The position numbers and the translations under genes are program-made. The notes under the pieces are model-generated. The model was not told the DNA's origin. It worked only from the letters and a program-made list of their open reading frames with translations, and did no database searches. A DNA stretch of 64,000 nt from Podarcis bocagei (taxonomy: Eukaryota): NCBI GenBank assembly GCA_964188305.1, contig OZ076900.1; one strand, written 5' to 3'. Within the stretch, counting starts at the first letter, position 1, and every line of letters starts with the position of its first letter. Of the stretch, positions 48,293 to 61,134 are shown piece after piece.

Positions 48293-50650
48293 GCGCTTGC
48301 TGTTTATGAGGGAACACCATCGGAAACAAGTGCTGAACTACATCCGCTAATTTCGGGGACAGGGGTGCACCCCCTCCCCCCCCCCCGCGGCCTGAGGGGC
48401 GTGGCTGTGGCGGGCGGGAGCGTTCGGAGAGCCCCCGGCACTCCAGGCAACGTGGACGCGCCTCTCCCCCCCGCTCCTCCACAGCAGCGGCAGCTGGGAC
48501 GGTTAATTTTGCACACATCCCTCCTGCTCCTCCAACGGTCGCCCGCGCGCTGACGAGTTGTTTACTTCCTCAGCGGCTCCACCCCTCCACCTCCCCTCGG
48601 CTCTCGCGCTCGCCGATTGGCTCTTCCTTTGGCCAACCACGACGCCTCTCAGGTCATCAAACCTGTATGGGGCGGGGAGTGCGGTCGTAGGGAAGGAGGG
48701 GGATTACAGGAGTGCCTAAAAAAAAGAAAGAATAGCAGCAGTATAAGAAAGTGAACCTTCATTTCTTTAACGCTGATTGGGCAACTCGTGGAAGCATCGA
48801 GGACTGATTGGTAGATTACGGTGCTACTCATTTTCATCCCTTGTGGCCTTTTCTGTGTATGTGTTGTTTTTCACTCATTCCTCTGTACACGCAGGCATTG
48901 AAGGGTCCCCGCCTCCGCCCGGCGTATGTTTCAGTGTGTGAGGCGGTGATTGGCCGACTCCCAGAGCCCGCCTCCCACTTCTCCCCCCTCCTTCTCCCTT
49001 TCCCCCTCCCACCTTCTCACACACAAACACATCTTCACTGCATCCCGCGCCCAGCCGCCCGCTATTAATTACCTTCGCCTCTCATTTGTCCCGCCTCCCG
49101 CCTATCATTATGAAAGGCACGCGCACGCACACAACCCGCCGACCGGGAGTGGGGTGTGCGTGGCAGTGACTGCGGATTGGACCACTTGCGAAGCGGACTT
49201 CATCTCCGATTGGTTCCTCGCCCGCCGGCTCCTCCATTCTCAGAACTTTGCTCTCCGGCCCACCACACACACACTCACACACAAACACACGCACAAACAC
49301 AGCCCCGCCCCCGGGCTGAACGAAGCACCGCCTCTCGCTGGAGCGGGTTTTTTTTGGCTTCTTTTTCTTTTCTTTTTTTTAAAGCGGCTCCTCTCCCTCC
49401 CTCCCGAAGGAGGCGGGGTCACGTGATGTTTTCGCCGTGGTGCCGCCGCGGCTGCTTGCCTGTGTGGAGAGCGAGCGAGTGAGGCAGAGCGGGGCGAGTG
49501 GACGAGGAGCCCTGCGCGCTCCGAACGGCTGGCAGTGAGTGAGCGGGTGGGCGCACGCCCCGCCGGTGGGCCGGCTTCGCGCCTCCCCCTGCGGGGAACG
49601 GCCGGCGTGGACGCAGACTGGGGCCACCCATGTCCAGCCGGGCCCGGGAGACCCTTCGCCTCTGAGGAGGGCGGCTCTTCCACCCCCCTCGCGCTCCCGC
49701 CCTCCCCCCCCCCCGCTGCACAAGCGCGGCGCCGCCTGGCTCGGCGGTCCGGACCCTGCCCTGGCCCCTTAAAATGGCGAGCGGGATGCTCGGCGGAGAA
49801 GGCGGCTGCACCGTGCTGGAGGCGAGAGACCAGGCTGCGGGCATTGCCGCTGGAGCACCAGGCGGCGGAGGCGGCTACAGCCACAACCAGCGGGCCAGCG
49901 CGTCCAGGCTTGCCGCTACTGCTGCTACTACTGCTGCTGCTGCTACCGAAGAGGACCAGGAGCTGATGGAAGGCGCCCCTTGCCCGCCGCCCGCGCAGCC
50001 CCCGCACCATCTGATGCTGCTTCTGAGGAGATCCCCCAGCAGCTCCCTCTGCCTCGTCCAGGAGGAGGACGCCTCGGCCACCGGGGGCAACGCTGGCGCG
50101 GGGCGAGGGGGCGCCGTGGCTTCATCGCGAGCCGGCCCCTCGGCGCCCTCAAGCCGGGCAGCTGCCCCACCAGCGGCGTCCGCTGTCGCCTTCGGGGACG
50201 ACGTGAGGAAATGCGGCTACCTAAGGAAGCAGAAGCATGGCCACAAGAGGTACTTCGTGCTGCGGGTGGAGAGCCACCTGGCCCCGGCCAGGCTAGAGTA
50301 CTACGACAGCGAGAAGAAGTTCAAGAGCAGCATGAGGGCGGCGGCGGCAGCGGCGGCGGCTGGTGGGAGCGCAGCCCTCTGCTGCCCACCCCCGAAGCGG
50401 GTGATTCCTCTGTACCAGTGCTTCACGGTTAGCCGGAGGGCAGATGCCAAGCACAAGCACATCATCGCCCTGTACACCAAGGATGAGTACTTTGCAATGG
50501 TTGCCGAAAACGAGACTGAGCAGGAAAGCTGGTACCAGGCAATCAGTGAGCTCATGAGCCAAAGCAAGAGGGGCTTCTTGGAGCAGGAAGACCAGGCTGA
50601 TCCGCAGCTGGATGACGACGACGAACATTACGGGACTGCTCTTCGGCCAG
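48290..50650. promoter_or_regulatory. CpG island and promoter of IRS4
   Basis: Abrupt switch to very GC- and CpG-rich sequence. Six ATTGG (reverse CCAAT) boxes at 48616, 48776, 48807, 48949, 49176 and 49209; GC boxes (e.g. GGGGCGGGG ~48669, CCCCGCCCC ~49303); E-box GTCACGTGA 49418-49426; TTGTTTAC 48558-48565. Confidence 0.85.
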
Positions 50651-53371
50651 GGACCGTCTTCAAAGAAGTTTGGCAAGTAAATGTGAAACCCAAGGGACTG
50701 GGGCAGACAAAAAATTTGACTGGGGTGTACAGGTTGTGTCTTTCCACCAAGGCCATCCACCTTGTTAAGCTGAATAGTGAGGTGCCCTCTGTCCACTTAC
50801 AGCTAATGAACATTCGGCGGTGTGGGCATTCAGAAAATTTCTTTTTCATTGAGGTGGGCAGATCTGCCTCCATTGGGCCAGGTGAGCTTTGGATGCAAGT
50901 GGATGATTCAGTGGTGGCCCAGAATATGCATGAAACCTTCCTAGAAACCATGAAAGCTTTGAAAGCCTTCTCTGAGTTTAGACCTCGCAGTAAGAGCCAG
51001 TCTTCCGGTGGTGGTAGCAGCACCAACCCCATTTCCTTCATCAGTACTAGGAGGCACCTGGGTAACCTGCCACCTAGCCAAACTGGCTTACAAAGAAGAT
51101 CCAGAACTGAAAGTGTTACTGGGGGGACCCCTCCAACCACCAAGAGTAGTAGCTCTTACCGTTTCAGAACTTCCAGTGAAGGGGAGGGGACAATGACCAG
51201 ACCATTTAGGTCAGTTACTGGAAGTTTGATTCATCTGAATACTGCAAGGATGAATTTGGGGCGTCAAGAAGGAAGTGGACGATATGTTAGAGCAGCATTT
51301 AGTGCATCTTATCACACCAGGTCTGCATCTCTACCAGTGTCTCACTTCCCTTCCACTACTAGCCCCATCAGTGTTTCTTCAAGTAGTGGCCATGGATCAG
51401 CTTCCGATACCTTCATCAGGCCTTCCAGTTCATCCGTCTGTGGGTCCCCAAGTGATGGAGGTTTCATTTCTTCCGATGAATATGGTTCCAGCCCTGGCGA
51501 CTTCAGGTACTTCCGTGTGAGGAGTAATACCCCAGATTCCTTGGGCAATACGCCTCCAATCAGAGAAGAAAATTGTTTAAGTGAATATATGTCTATGAGC
51601 AAGCAGCAAATGGATAATAATAGTTCAAGAGATGATTACCGGGAGGCTGAAAAATGCTTCAGAAAAAGAACTTACTCTCTAACTAAGCCTGCTTCTATAC
51701 CAGCACAGCAGAAAACAACCCAAACAGCAACTTCATTAGATGAAGTTTCTTCAGGAAGCCATGGACGCCTGCCTTTTTCTGAATCGCCAAAATTCAAAAA
51801 TAACCCTGAACCAGTGTATGGGGAATCTGCCCTTGATTCTGTATGCAATCAAAGCAGGAATAAAGCCAGAGATGATGGATACATGCCAATGATGCCAGGA
51901 GTTGCATCTTCTTTTGCAAGCAACAGTGATTATCTGCCAATGACTCCTAAAAGTGTGTCTGTTCCAAAGCAGATAAACAGTTCCTGGCCATCATCACAGG
52001 CTGATTCCAAAGGATATATGATGATGTTTCCTAGGGCTATCTCTTCACCTGTACGTAGTCCTTTAACTGGCTTTAATAAAAGTGGCAATGAGAAGTTGGC
52101 GAACAATGAGTATATGGATATGTCACCTGGAAACTCAGCTGCTCCAAAGCAACCTAGTGATTCAAATTATATGCATACCAACACCAGTTCCAAAAACTTT
52201 AGCTCATATTTCTCTCTCCCACGAAGCTTTAAGACTCAGTCAGAAGAAAATGGTGAGCATGATGAATACGTTCCAATGTCATCACCAGGAAAATTATTGT
52301 ATAGTGGAGCTGAAAATGACAACAATATCAGTAATGATGTTCTGGCTAATGGCCATTCCAAATCATCTATGCTGAAAGCTTCAGATGAAGGACTTGAACA
52401 GAACAAAATTACCAGGCCTACAAGACTTCCATTAGGCACTAGAGGTAGTAACACTATACCAAGAATGTATGATCGTACAATTCCACTTGAGCCATCTAGT
52501 CCTGGTGAATATATAAATATCGACTTCGGTGAAAAGGCAAGTAATACACCTTATTCTTTATCTGCAGAAGGATCGCCATCATCTCTTGGCTCCAGTAGTG
52601 ACCATAGGCAGTCACCACTTTCTGACTACATGAGTGTTGATCTTGATGTTCAGTCACCAAAGGTTGCTAAAGAACTATCCAACTCCTTGACAGATATTTC
52701 AATTTATGCAAGTTCTAGTATTCCCAGAAATCCACCTGATTCAGATTATGCTAGGCTCTCGTTTGGTACTGCTTGTGTTAGCAAAGGAAATGGTAGGATT
52801 GATGACTATACAGAAATGACCTTCAACATGGCAGCAATGCCACCTGGACCATTTACCACCGAAAGCAAAAATGGCTTAAAGATTGATAGTCCTCCTTCCA
52901 TTGTTAATAGACTGTGCATTGTTGACCAATATGCTGGTAGCAGTGAGTTCTCAGTTCCTAGTCCTGATCCGCCAGTAGTACCTAAAGTTATTCGTGCTGA
53001 TCCACAGGGAAGGAGAAGGCATAGCTCTGAAACATTTTCTTCCACTGGCACTGTTACCACTTCCTCTTCTTTCTTTACTGATAGTAGCAAAAGGCACAGC
53101 TCTGCCTCTTTTGACAATGTGTGGTTGAAACCTGAAGAACACATTTCAGATGGCCATGAAAGCAAGATGTCCAGAGATACTTCAACTGGATTTCAGAATG
53201 GCTTGAACTATATAGCTCTAAATTTACAAGATAATTCTCTAAACTGTGAGGAGAGCCCTAGTTCACCAAACTGCCACCTCCCAAATGGTACTTTGAATCT
53301 GGAAAGTGGAGTGTATGTGAGCATAGACTTCAGCAGATCAGATGGTTTGAAGTGCAACTCTGCAAGAAAAG
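49774..53371 (+). CDS. IRS4: Insulin receptor substrate 4, large first coding exon (about 1199 codons); the last codon(s) and stop are probably on a downstream exon not identified in this window
   Basis: PH domain (DDVRKCGYLRKQKHGHKRYFVLR...EYFAMVAENETEQESWY, which matches the IRS4 signature), IRS-type PTB domain (FKEVWQVNVKPKGLGQ...NIRRCGHSENFFFIEVGRS...MHETFLETMKAL), many YxxM motifs (YMSM, YMPM, YLPM, YMMM, YMDM, YVPM, YTEM) and a YINI Grb2-type site. Good Kozak context (aaaATGG). IRS-like sequence ends at ...SARK, followed by AAG|gtttgt (phase-1 donor), as in the IRS1/IRS2 gene layout. Confidence 0.93.
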
Positions 53372-56300
53372 GTTTGTATTTTTTTAAATCACTCACACAA
53401 ATTAATGCATGTATAATTTCAATATATTATTGTAAATCACCATTTTCTTCTTTAAATTTGCCCCTTTTCCTATTTAGTGCAGTATTTTCACTGGCAGCAT
53501 CACATAAGGAGTGTTCTGCATGCACAATTCAGGCCCAAGTGTTTCCTATCTTTTAATTTGAAAACATGTATTGACTGCTTTTTTTGTTCAATTGTCGTTA
53601 TGAGTATGGGGTAGTAAAATAATCACAGAATATATGAGAAGCAGTAAATTGTTCTCATACTTGTCTTCATTACCAACTTTGGGGTCACTGCCACACTCCT
53701 TTTTCAACATTCTAATAAAATATAGACATCAGTTCATCTAAATAACAATAATTTATTTGGAATCTGACTACTTTAGTTTTTATGAATGGACTGGAATTTA
53801 TCCCCTGGTGCATGGTTGTGGGTACCTTTTAAGGGAGGAATCTGCTTTCTGAGGTTCTGCGGAACAAACCTGCTACTTCCAGCCACAATTCCCCTTGCTC
53901 CCTCTACAATGAAGTCCAACTTAAAGCCACATCAAGGCTGAAGTTTACCTTGAGATGTGCAGAATAAAGTGATTTTATTCATGTATAGCAGTCTTATGTA
54001 ATTTTTTAAAAGTCACTGTTTTCATAACTGCATTATACATATAATCTGATTTTTAACAAGGGGTTAACAGTTGTGGTTTCCCTTGCAAAGCTTTCTGGGA
54101 AATGTAGTTTTGTGAAGAGGTTGCAGGTTTCAGAGCATTATGAAATCTCTTCCTCGTTCCAAAGAGAGAGGTGTGTGTATGTGTATTTGAGGTGTAGGTA
54201 ATTCTGACAGTTAAACTGGCATGCATTTCTAATGTAGATGCTAATTTGGAAGGCATACTGTACCATTCTCTCCATACTGTATTTTACAGAAAAGTAAATG
54301 GAGTTCAGTGGGCTTGCTTCCTAGTATGCATACATAAAATTGCAGCTTTAACAATGGTTTTCTCATTTGTCCTGTGAGTTCAGTGACAATTTTTTAAGAA
54401 GGCTTGATTTAGTTGTGCATCACAGACACTTCTGCTGTGATACCCTGGTAATAGCTCCTTTAGAATGTAGCGATGCAGAATGGAAGACATGAGAAGGCTG
54501 TTAGTACAGTATTCTGACAGTCGTAAGCATTCTAGATTACTTTAGCTAGAATCTTACAGCTGCAATAGTGTTATAGTGCCTTGATCAAACCCTTTCTTTT
54601 AAAACCTAATAACATGTCTGCAGACTTGGTCTTAGTTTATAGTTTGTTTGTTTTTTAGCTTTTTCTGGAGGAAAAAGTGGAAGTCAGATGTTTTCCACTA
54701 TAAATCTTAATCTAAATACTGTTTTAATGGAGAGTGACTATTCAGTCATTGTAGCTAATTATTTGTGCAAATAGTACTTTTAAAATCCAATATAACACAG
54801 TTGAGTACTGTAATAGGTATCCTGCTTTTGTTACTTAGAAAATTATACCTGTATCGCTTGATACAAAGACATGCAAAGAATGTACTGGACTTTGATAAAC
54901 TGTCTGAAATGCTGAATCAGGGCTTCTAGGTACCCCTTAACTCAATCTGAATATATTCAGAGGCTTTAAGAGATTGTATGAGTTTAGATTCTTTGGCGAG
55001 TCTCCTATTGGGAAAAGATTACAGTATATAAAAGACAAGTCAGTCTGTTAGCATTGCTTGGGGGTTTTGAAAAGTTTGTTATTTCCTTTGGTATACTTTT
55101 CTCTTTGCCCCTCTTTTTGCTGTGGTTAAATCCAAGTTGTTTGACTGCTCTTCTAAACCAGTGAATGACAGCATACTTGGAGTATCTTCCTCTTGTATGT
55201 TAAACTCCATTAAATTAGAAACAGAAGTGGTAAAGAAATGTACTGAATTTGGCCTTCTCTTGAATTTTTCAAACTTGGATTGTACTTTGCTCAATATAAT
55301 TCCAAAAAACACCAGTGTAAGGGGGGGGACTTACCCTCCAGCTCTGATCATACTACCAGTTTTAAACTTTGGACGCTTTCATCAGTTTTTTCAACATCTG
55401 TTGAAAACATTTGCCTGTTACTGCTGCAACTGAAGCATAACCAAGATGATTACAAGTTAAGTTTTTTAAAAACATGCCTGACAGCGGTTTGCATATGGCT
55501 AATCATGTGTGTCTATGTACTTCTTTATGTGAATCTTTGGTCCCGATAATCTTTAAAATATGGAAGTGGTTAAGAAAATTCAGTCATTGGTAATAGTAGC
55601 TGAGTCTGCTAGGTAGATTTCAAGTTAGTAAGTACTTCATTGAAAAATTCTTTTAAAGTGTATATAAGGAAGAGATTTTGCTAGAGGCAGGGGGCACAAT
55701 CCAGCAGAGACTTTGAGAGTGCTTAAGCTCATTGACTTTATGCTGGAATGTGGCCAAATCATTCATTATTTTCATCTGACTGTTACATAGCCAATCAGTA
55801 GATTCAGACAAAGCCCTGGTTTCAGACTTAAAAGAAATGCCTTGGTAGTTGAAAATAGTAATGAGCTTTTGAACTCCTACAAGTAGAGATTTGAAGCATC
55901 TCCTCAGTTAGAACAGCAGAGCGGGCGGGGAGGCCAAGCAAAATAATGAAATGTTAGAGTTCCACAATAGGTGACTTCTGCCTTTTGGGGCTGCTATATT
56001 CTCACTTCACCAGCAAGAGCAAAAATTGCAGAACTCAACAGCATGCCTGTCCCATGCACAAGTCTACTTGAGTTCCTTCGAGGGTGGGGCAGGTACAACA
56101 TTGTTTATGCATTCTGTAGATTACTAATGATCCCAGTTTGACCTTGGAGGTGTAGAATTAACTTCAGTATACTGTGATAAAATTCAGCCATGAAACATGA
56201 CGGATGTAGTCACATTTATTTTTCAGGTGCTTTCTCTAATGTGACAGTATTTTTCAAAATTTTAAATAATTCTTTTTTTATTAGAAAATTTTGACTTGTA

Positions 56301-59070
56301 GGTAAAATCTCAGTAGTGTCTCAGATGTATGAGATAGGGCGGGGGAACTGTGACCTCACACTCTGAAGCATCATACCATTCTTGTTGAGACAGGTAGCTT
56401 AGAGTGTGTGCATTTCTGTTTAAAACTCTACAGCAAGGTTTGAGTTTCTGGTCACTTTTGTTGAACTCCACATTTTCTCATCAGTTTGTATACGGTCTTG
56501 TAATAACATATGCAGTTTTATTTCCCTCTTGAAACAGATTACTGCTCTTACAGCAAAGCTCAAAAAGTTTCATAAGATACCTGGAAATAAAAATTGAAAG
56601 TGCTTATAATTCAACACTGTAAAATTGTTAACACAAGAACTGTTGAACGTCTGTGAAGTTTCATTGTTAGAAGCCTGGGCCCCTCTACTTACAGTGATTG
56701 CAAAAGCCTCAAGTTCCCATTTTACCTTGATCCACATAAAAAGCTTGAAAACAGTTCCTCCTCTGTTGAGGTTATTACTCTGCTCCTCCTCCATCAGTTT
56801 TGTGAATGGGAAAAGTTGAAAGGGTTGATTCACATCTCTGAATGACTGAAACTAGGGAAGTAGTACCATATAATTTTGTGATAAATTGAAGGTGACTTCT
56901 TATAGACTTAACTAAACATTATTCACAAGTGAGTGTAACATAAAACACCAACCACTTGTGTCACAGAAAATCCATTTTAGGAGTAGGAGAGGGGGTTTCT
57001 AACCTTTTCTGTTTAACTCCCCTTCCCCCCCTCCCATTCCATATACATATTTATCCCTGTAAGGAATATTTATCTTTTAGAATGCCACTGAGGTGTTCTG
57101 GGGTGGAGCTAGAAAAGCATCAGGCAGGGAAAAGGTTAAAGACCCTCTCAATGATCTAATATTTCTCCACTCCAAATTGTTCCCTCTGAAAGGAGGTTTT
57201 CTGTAATACAAGTAGCTGCTAGAGTTAAGTTAGATCCTTTGGTCCAAGCTGACGTGATTTAAATTTATTTAAGCTTCACTGATGTAAGGTTTTCAAATAT
57301 AGCAACCCTTCAAAATGTTTGCTTTTGTTATAGATCACTTTCCCCAACTAATGTGCTTAAAATATGTTCATCTACTTCTCCTTTCTTTATGTGTAACAAC
57401 ATCTTTTAAATATATAAGCTCTGGTTGCAAATGGCAATAAAGATGTTATTAAAAAAAAAAAAGTACAAGAATGCTAAAAGATTTGGAAATATTGGAAAAA
57501 AGAATGGAAGCCAGCCAAGTGCATTACCAAGTTCATAATTTACCTGAAATATCACAGTTCATCTAATATATTTTCCCTTACATGAGCTCTGGCTGTTACA
57601 TGAGCCATGCATGTTCCCCTCCCCTTGGTCTCAACAGATCACTTTCTGGTTTGCCAAATTACTGTTCACAGTTTGATTGTGATTTGTAATCTTGGCTAGT
57701 AGGAATTGCTTAACTTGCTGTTTGCCAGTTTTGGCACCCCAGCACACAGTGATTTAGAAAGCTGAGAAGAGAGTACAGGAGGGGAAGAAGACCTTAAGCA
57801 GCTATTATATCAGGTTGTCATAAAGAAATGGTGTGGGGCTATTCCATCTGCACAGCTGGGAGACCAGAAACTTTTGCTCCCTTCATTAGAAGTGCTTATA
57901 ACTGAGTTTTCTTATATCCTCATGCCCCAATCCATTTTCCTTTTGTGTCATGTCTTTTTAGATGATAAGCCTGAGAGAAGAAACTGTCTTCCTTGTTAGT
58001 GAGCCATTTTTGCTGCAGAACTGGGTAAAAATGTTTAGATAAATTATATTGTATTGTTTGAATGACTCTGAATGAACTATCTGAATACTTGGCTTGAACT
58101 TGTACCTGCAATCACAGTATATCTCTTCACCTGCAATTTAAGAACCTTCCTGTGAAACAGAATAGGTTTGCTCACTAATGTGAAAGTGAATTGATTCTTG
58201 ACTTTAAAAGAAAAAAAGTTGTATATATGGAACATAACAGAAAAACCTGCAACAATATTAAACATTACAGTGCCCATTTAGTGGTTGTGTTGCATTTCTG
58301 ATATTCTTCTAGTTGGTGTTCAGGCATGTTGTTCACAACTTTCTTTAAACTTCTTTGTTGTATCTCCTTTACCAAAGCAAAGTACAGAACCCGTTACCTT
58401 TTACTGATGTTGCTAATCAGCACTGGAAAACGTAGCATGTTGCTGGAAGCTGCATCATTGCATGCTAAGTCAATACTTTTTTGCTGCTTAAGAAAAACAA
58501 AAACAAATTGTTTATCAACATTGGGAGTCCATTGTAACTAGTTAACTAGGCAAATTCACATGCTGAAAACTGCACCCTTGTATTCTGGTACACTTGTCTC
58601 CTTGAAATGCTTGGAACTTCAGTGTAAGCATAACTGAGCACTGGATTTTGGCCTTTGATGAGAGCTTAACTGAAGATAATGAAAAGCATTTGGTCACTTT
58701 ATTGCTAGGACACTGTTAGGACAGGAGATCAGAGTGACTGAAGGAACAAACAAGAATAAGGCAGCAGGAGGCAAATAACAGATATGTAGTTGCCACAGGA
58801 ACTCAGTTACATAGGACCTTTAGATCCTGTATATTTTGTTTGTAATTTTGTGCAAGCAAAAGTGTCATTCAACCAGAAGTGACAAAAGCATTGTACCTCC
58901 ATGAATTTGGGAAGAATTTATTATTGGCAAGGGGAGAGAAGGGGAGGAGGAAGACTGTGTTTTAGCAGATGGTGGGTGAGCTGGGCTTGAAATCCTAGCT
59001 TGTATCACTTATTCATTATAATTAGATACCTGGGATCAGTTTTTCCCACCAAATCCTTAGTTTGCTTATA

Positions 59071-59309
59071 CAGTGGTACCTCAGGTTAAGTACTTAATTC
59101 GTTCCTGAGGTCTGTTCTTAACCTGAAACTGTTCTTAACCTGAAGCACCACTTTAGCTAATGGGGCCTCCTGCTGCTGCCGCGCCGCCGGAGGCCAATTT
59201 CTGTTCTTATCCTGAAGCAAAGTTCTTAACCTGAAGCACTATTTCTGGGTTAGAGTGTGTAACCTGAAGCGTATTTAACCTGAAGCGTATGTAACCCGAG
59301 GTACCACTG
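59071..59309. mobile_element. pogo/Tigger-like MITE, family B
   Basis: CAGTGGTACCTCAGGTTA...TAACCCGAGGTACCACTG, TA TSD. Confidence 0.9.
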
Positions 59310-60940
59310 TAGTATAAAAGCAAGACCTGGTTTTCTAAAGTAAAATGTTTTTAATATTTAAGGGAGAATATTTGCAATTAAGAATGTCCAAACATTTCTT
59401 TATAAGAAATAGGATGGTATTGACAGCTTCTGTTCAATGTAGGCTAAAGTTTTTAAAAGAGTTGCACAATCTTACTTTGTGGCTGAGGGGTGGGAAGGAG
59501 GAAGGATAAATCTTTACCACTGTTTGTCCTAAAACTGTGACTCATCTTTAAAAGGTCTGTATGACCCAGAGTGCCTCCGCCTTGGCCCACCCTGCAAATT
59601 GCTGTTTGTTTTTTAAGTTTAGTCACATGTAGCTTTATTAGGCATCTTAAAGGCAACCTAATGATCACCTTCATACTATACATGTTGAAACAGAAACATC
59701 CGTGTTTTAGAGAAGCAAATTGGCATATACTGGATACTGTAGCATCAGATTGTGAGACAATTATTGGGGTGGTCATCTTCTTCCTGGCGGGACTTCTGTG
59801 CCTTTAACACCTTTATGCCAAGAAGCACTTCAGCAGCTGGAGCTTGTTACATTGTTTTGACTATGCAAGGCACTTTATCTGTTGCAGGCGCAGAATTACA
59901 TTAGGGAGGCATAATAGCTACGTGCCTAACTGCCTTACATCTGATTGCCCAGATGTAGATCTCCTTTTTTTCTGAAGAATTAATACAACTTTTATATTTG
60001 GTTTTTCAGGCTGTGTACAAATGTGCACACGTATACCAAGAAACTCCCTACCCTGTCCCGTGGTTGGGTAGGGAGGGGAAACATTGAGAGTGTTTGAAGT
60101 AAGAGAGGTGTCTGTGGGAGGTAGGTTTAAGAGCCAAATTGCTGATTCAGAGATATCAGTGGTGCAGCATTTACACCACTGTCCCTCTTCAATCTCTCCA
60201 CTCCCTCCCTCTCCCTCTCCTTCTTCCTTCCTCCCGCCCCTCCTCTGGATGTGTGTCACGTACACCTTCCACATGCATTTCAACCTAAGCTAGAACTCCC
60301 TATCCTGACATACTAGCTTGTACAGTGAGAAGTATTTGATCTCAGGCAACATTCAGACATGCTGCCCACTTCCTGAAAGGGCTATCCTGTAGGTTATTTC
60401 ATAACATGCCTTTCAATACTTTAGTGAAGTGAGAGAAATGTAGGTACATAATAGACTTAGTGGTATTGGAAGGGGGTCGGTTTTAACCAATTCAATAAGT
60501 GGCTTTTGTGGAAGGAAAAGGCAGAGAGATTTTATGGAACCATTGGAAATGTACTGCATAAAACACTTAGCATAATAAAAACATGTGGGTTTCTACTGTT
60601 TTAATGTGTGGCAAATGAAATCTCCAAAGTAAAAAAGGAAAATCTCAGTAAAATATCCAGGAGAGTAACATTTTGATGCATTTCTTTCCTCCCTTTTCCT
60701 CCTACAAACAGTAGCAGAAAGATGTTGCAAATGAAGTAAATGTTTGCAAAACCTTTTAAACTTGCTTGTCCCATCAAGCACTGGTGGGCAGTAAGGAAAT
60801 TTTACCATCAAGAAAGATGCATTAGTGGGCGGGTGATAGGTATAAAAAGGTTGACTACCCCTGATGTATACAGCTGTAGGCACTTCAAGACTTAATGTAA
60901 GAGATACCTATATCTATGTATCTATGTATCTATAACTATA

Positions 60941-61134
60941 CAGTGGTACCTTGGGTTACAAACACTTCAGGTTAAGACTCCACTAACCCAGAAGCAGTAC
61001 CTCGGGTTAAGAACTCAGGATGAGAACAGAAATCGTGCGCCGGCAGGAGGCCCCATTAACTAAAGTGGTACCTCAGGTTAAGAACGGTTTCGGACCTCCG
61101 GAATGAATTAAGTTCGTAACCAGAGGTACCACAG
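60941..61134. mobile_element. pogo/Tigger-like MITE, family B
   Basis: Same TIRs, TA TSD. Confidence 0.85.

Noticed and set aside
49240-50010. 256-aa antisense ORF and other overlapping ORFs in the CpG island
   Set aside because: Expected from stop-codon scarcity in GC-rich DNA; no domain similarity.
49774-53371. Calling the gene IRS2 or IRS1
   Set aside because: The PH segment (VIPLYQCFTVSRRADA...DEYFAMVAENETEQESWY) resembles IRS4 best, although the C-terminal motifs are IRS1/2-like.
53372-53556. C-terminal 61 aa of the 1260-aa ORF as part of canonical IRS4
   Set aside because: IRS homology stops at SARK; the AAG|gt donor and intron-like composition indicate read-through.
56205-56260. Candidate IRS4 exon 2 acceptor (tttttcag|gtgc)
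   Set aside because: No immediate stop or 3'UTR evidence; TE-containing intron-like sequence continues afterwards.
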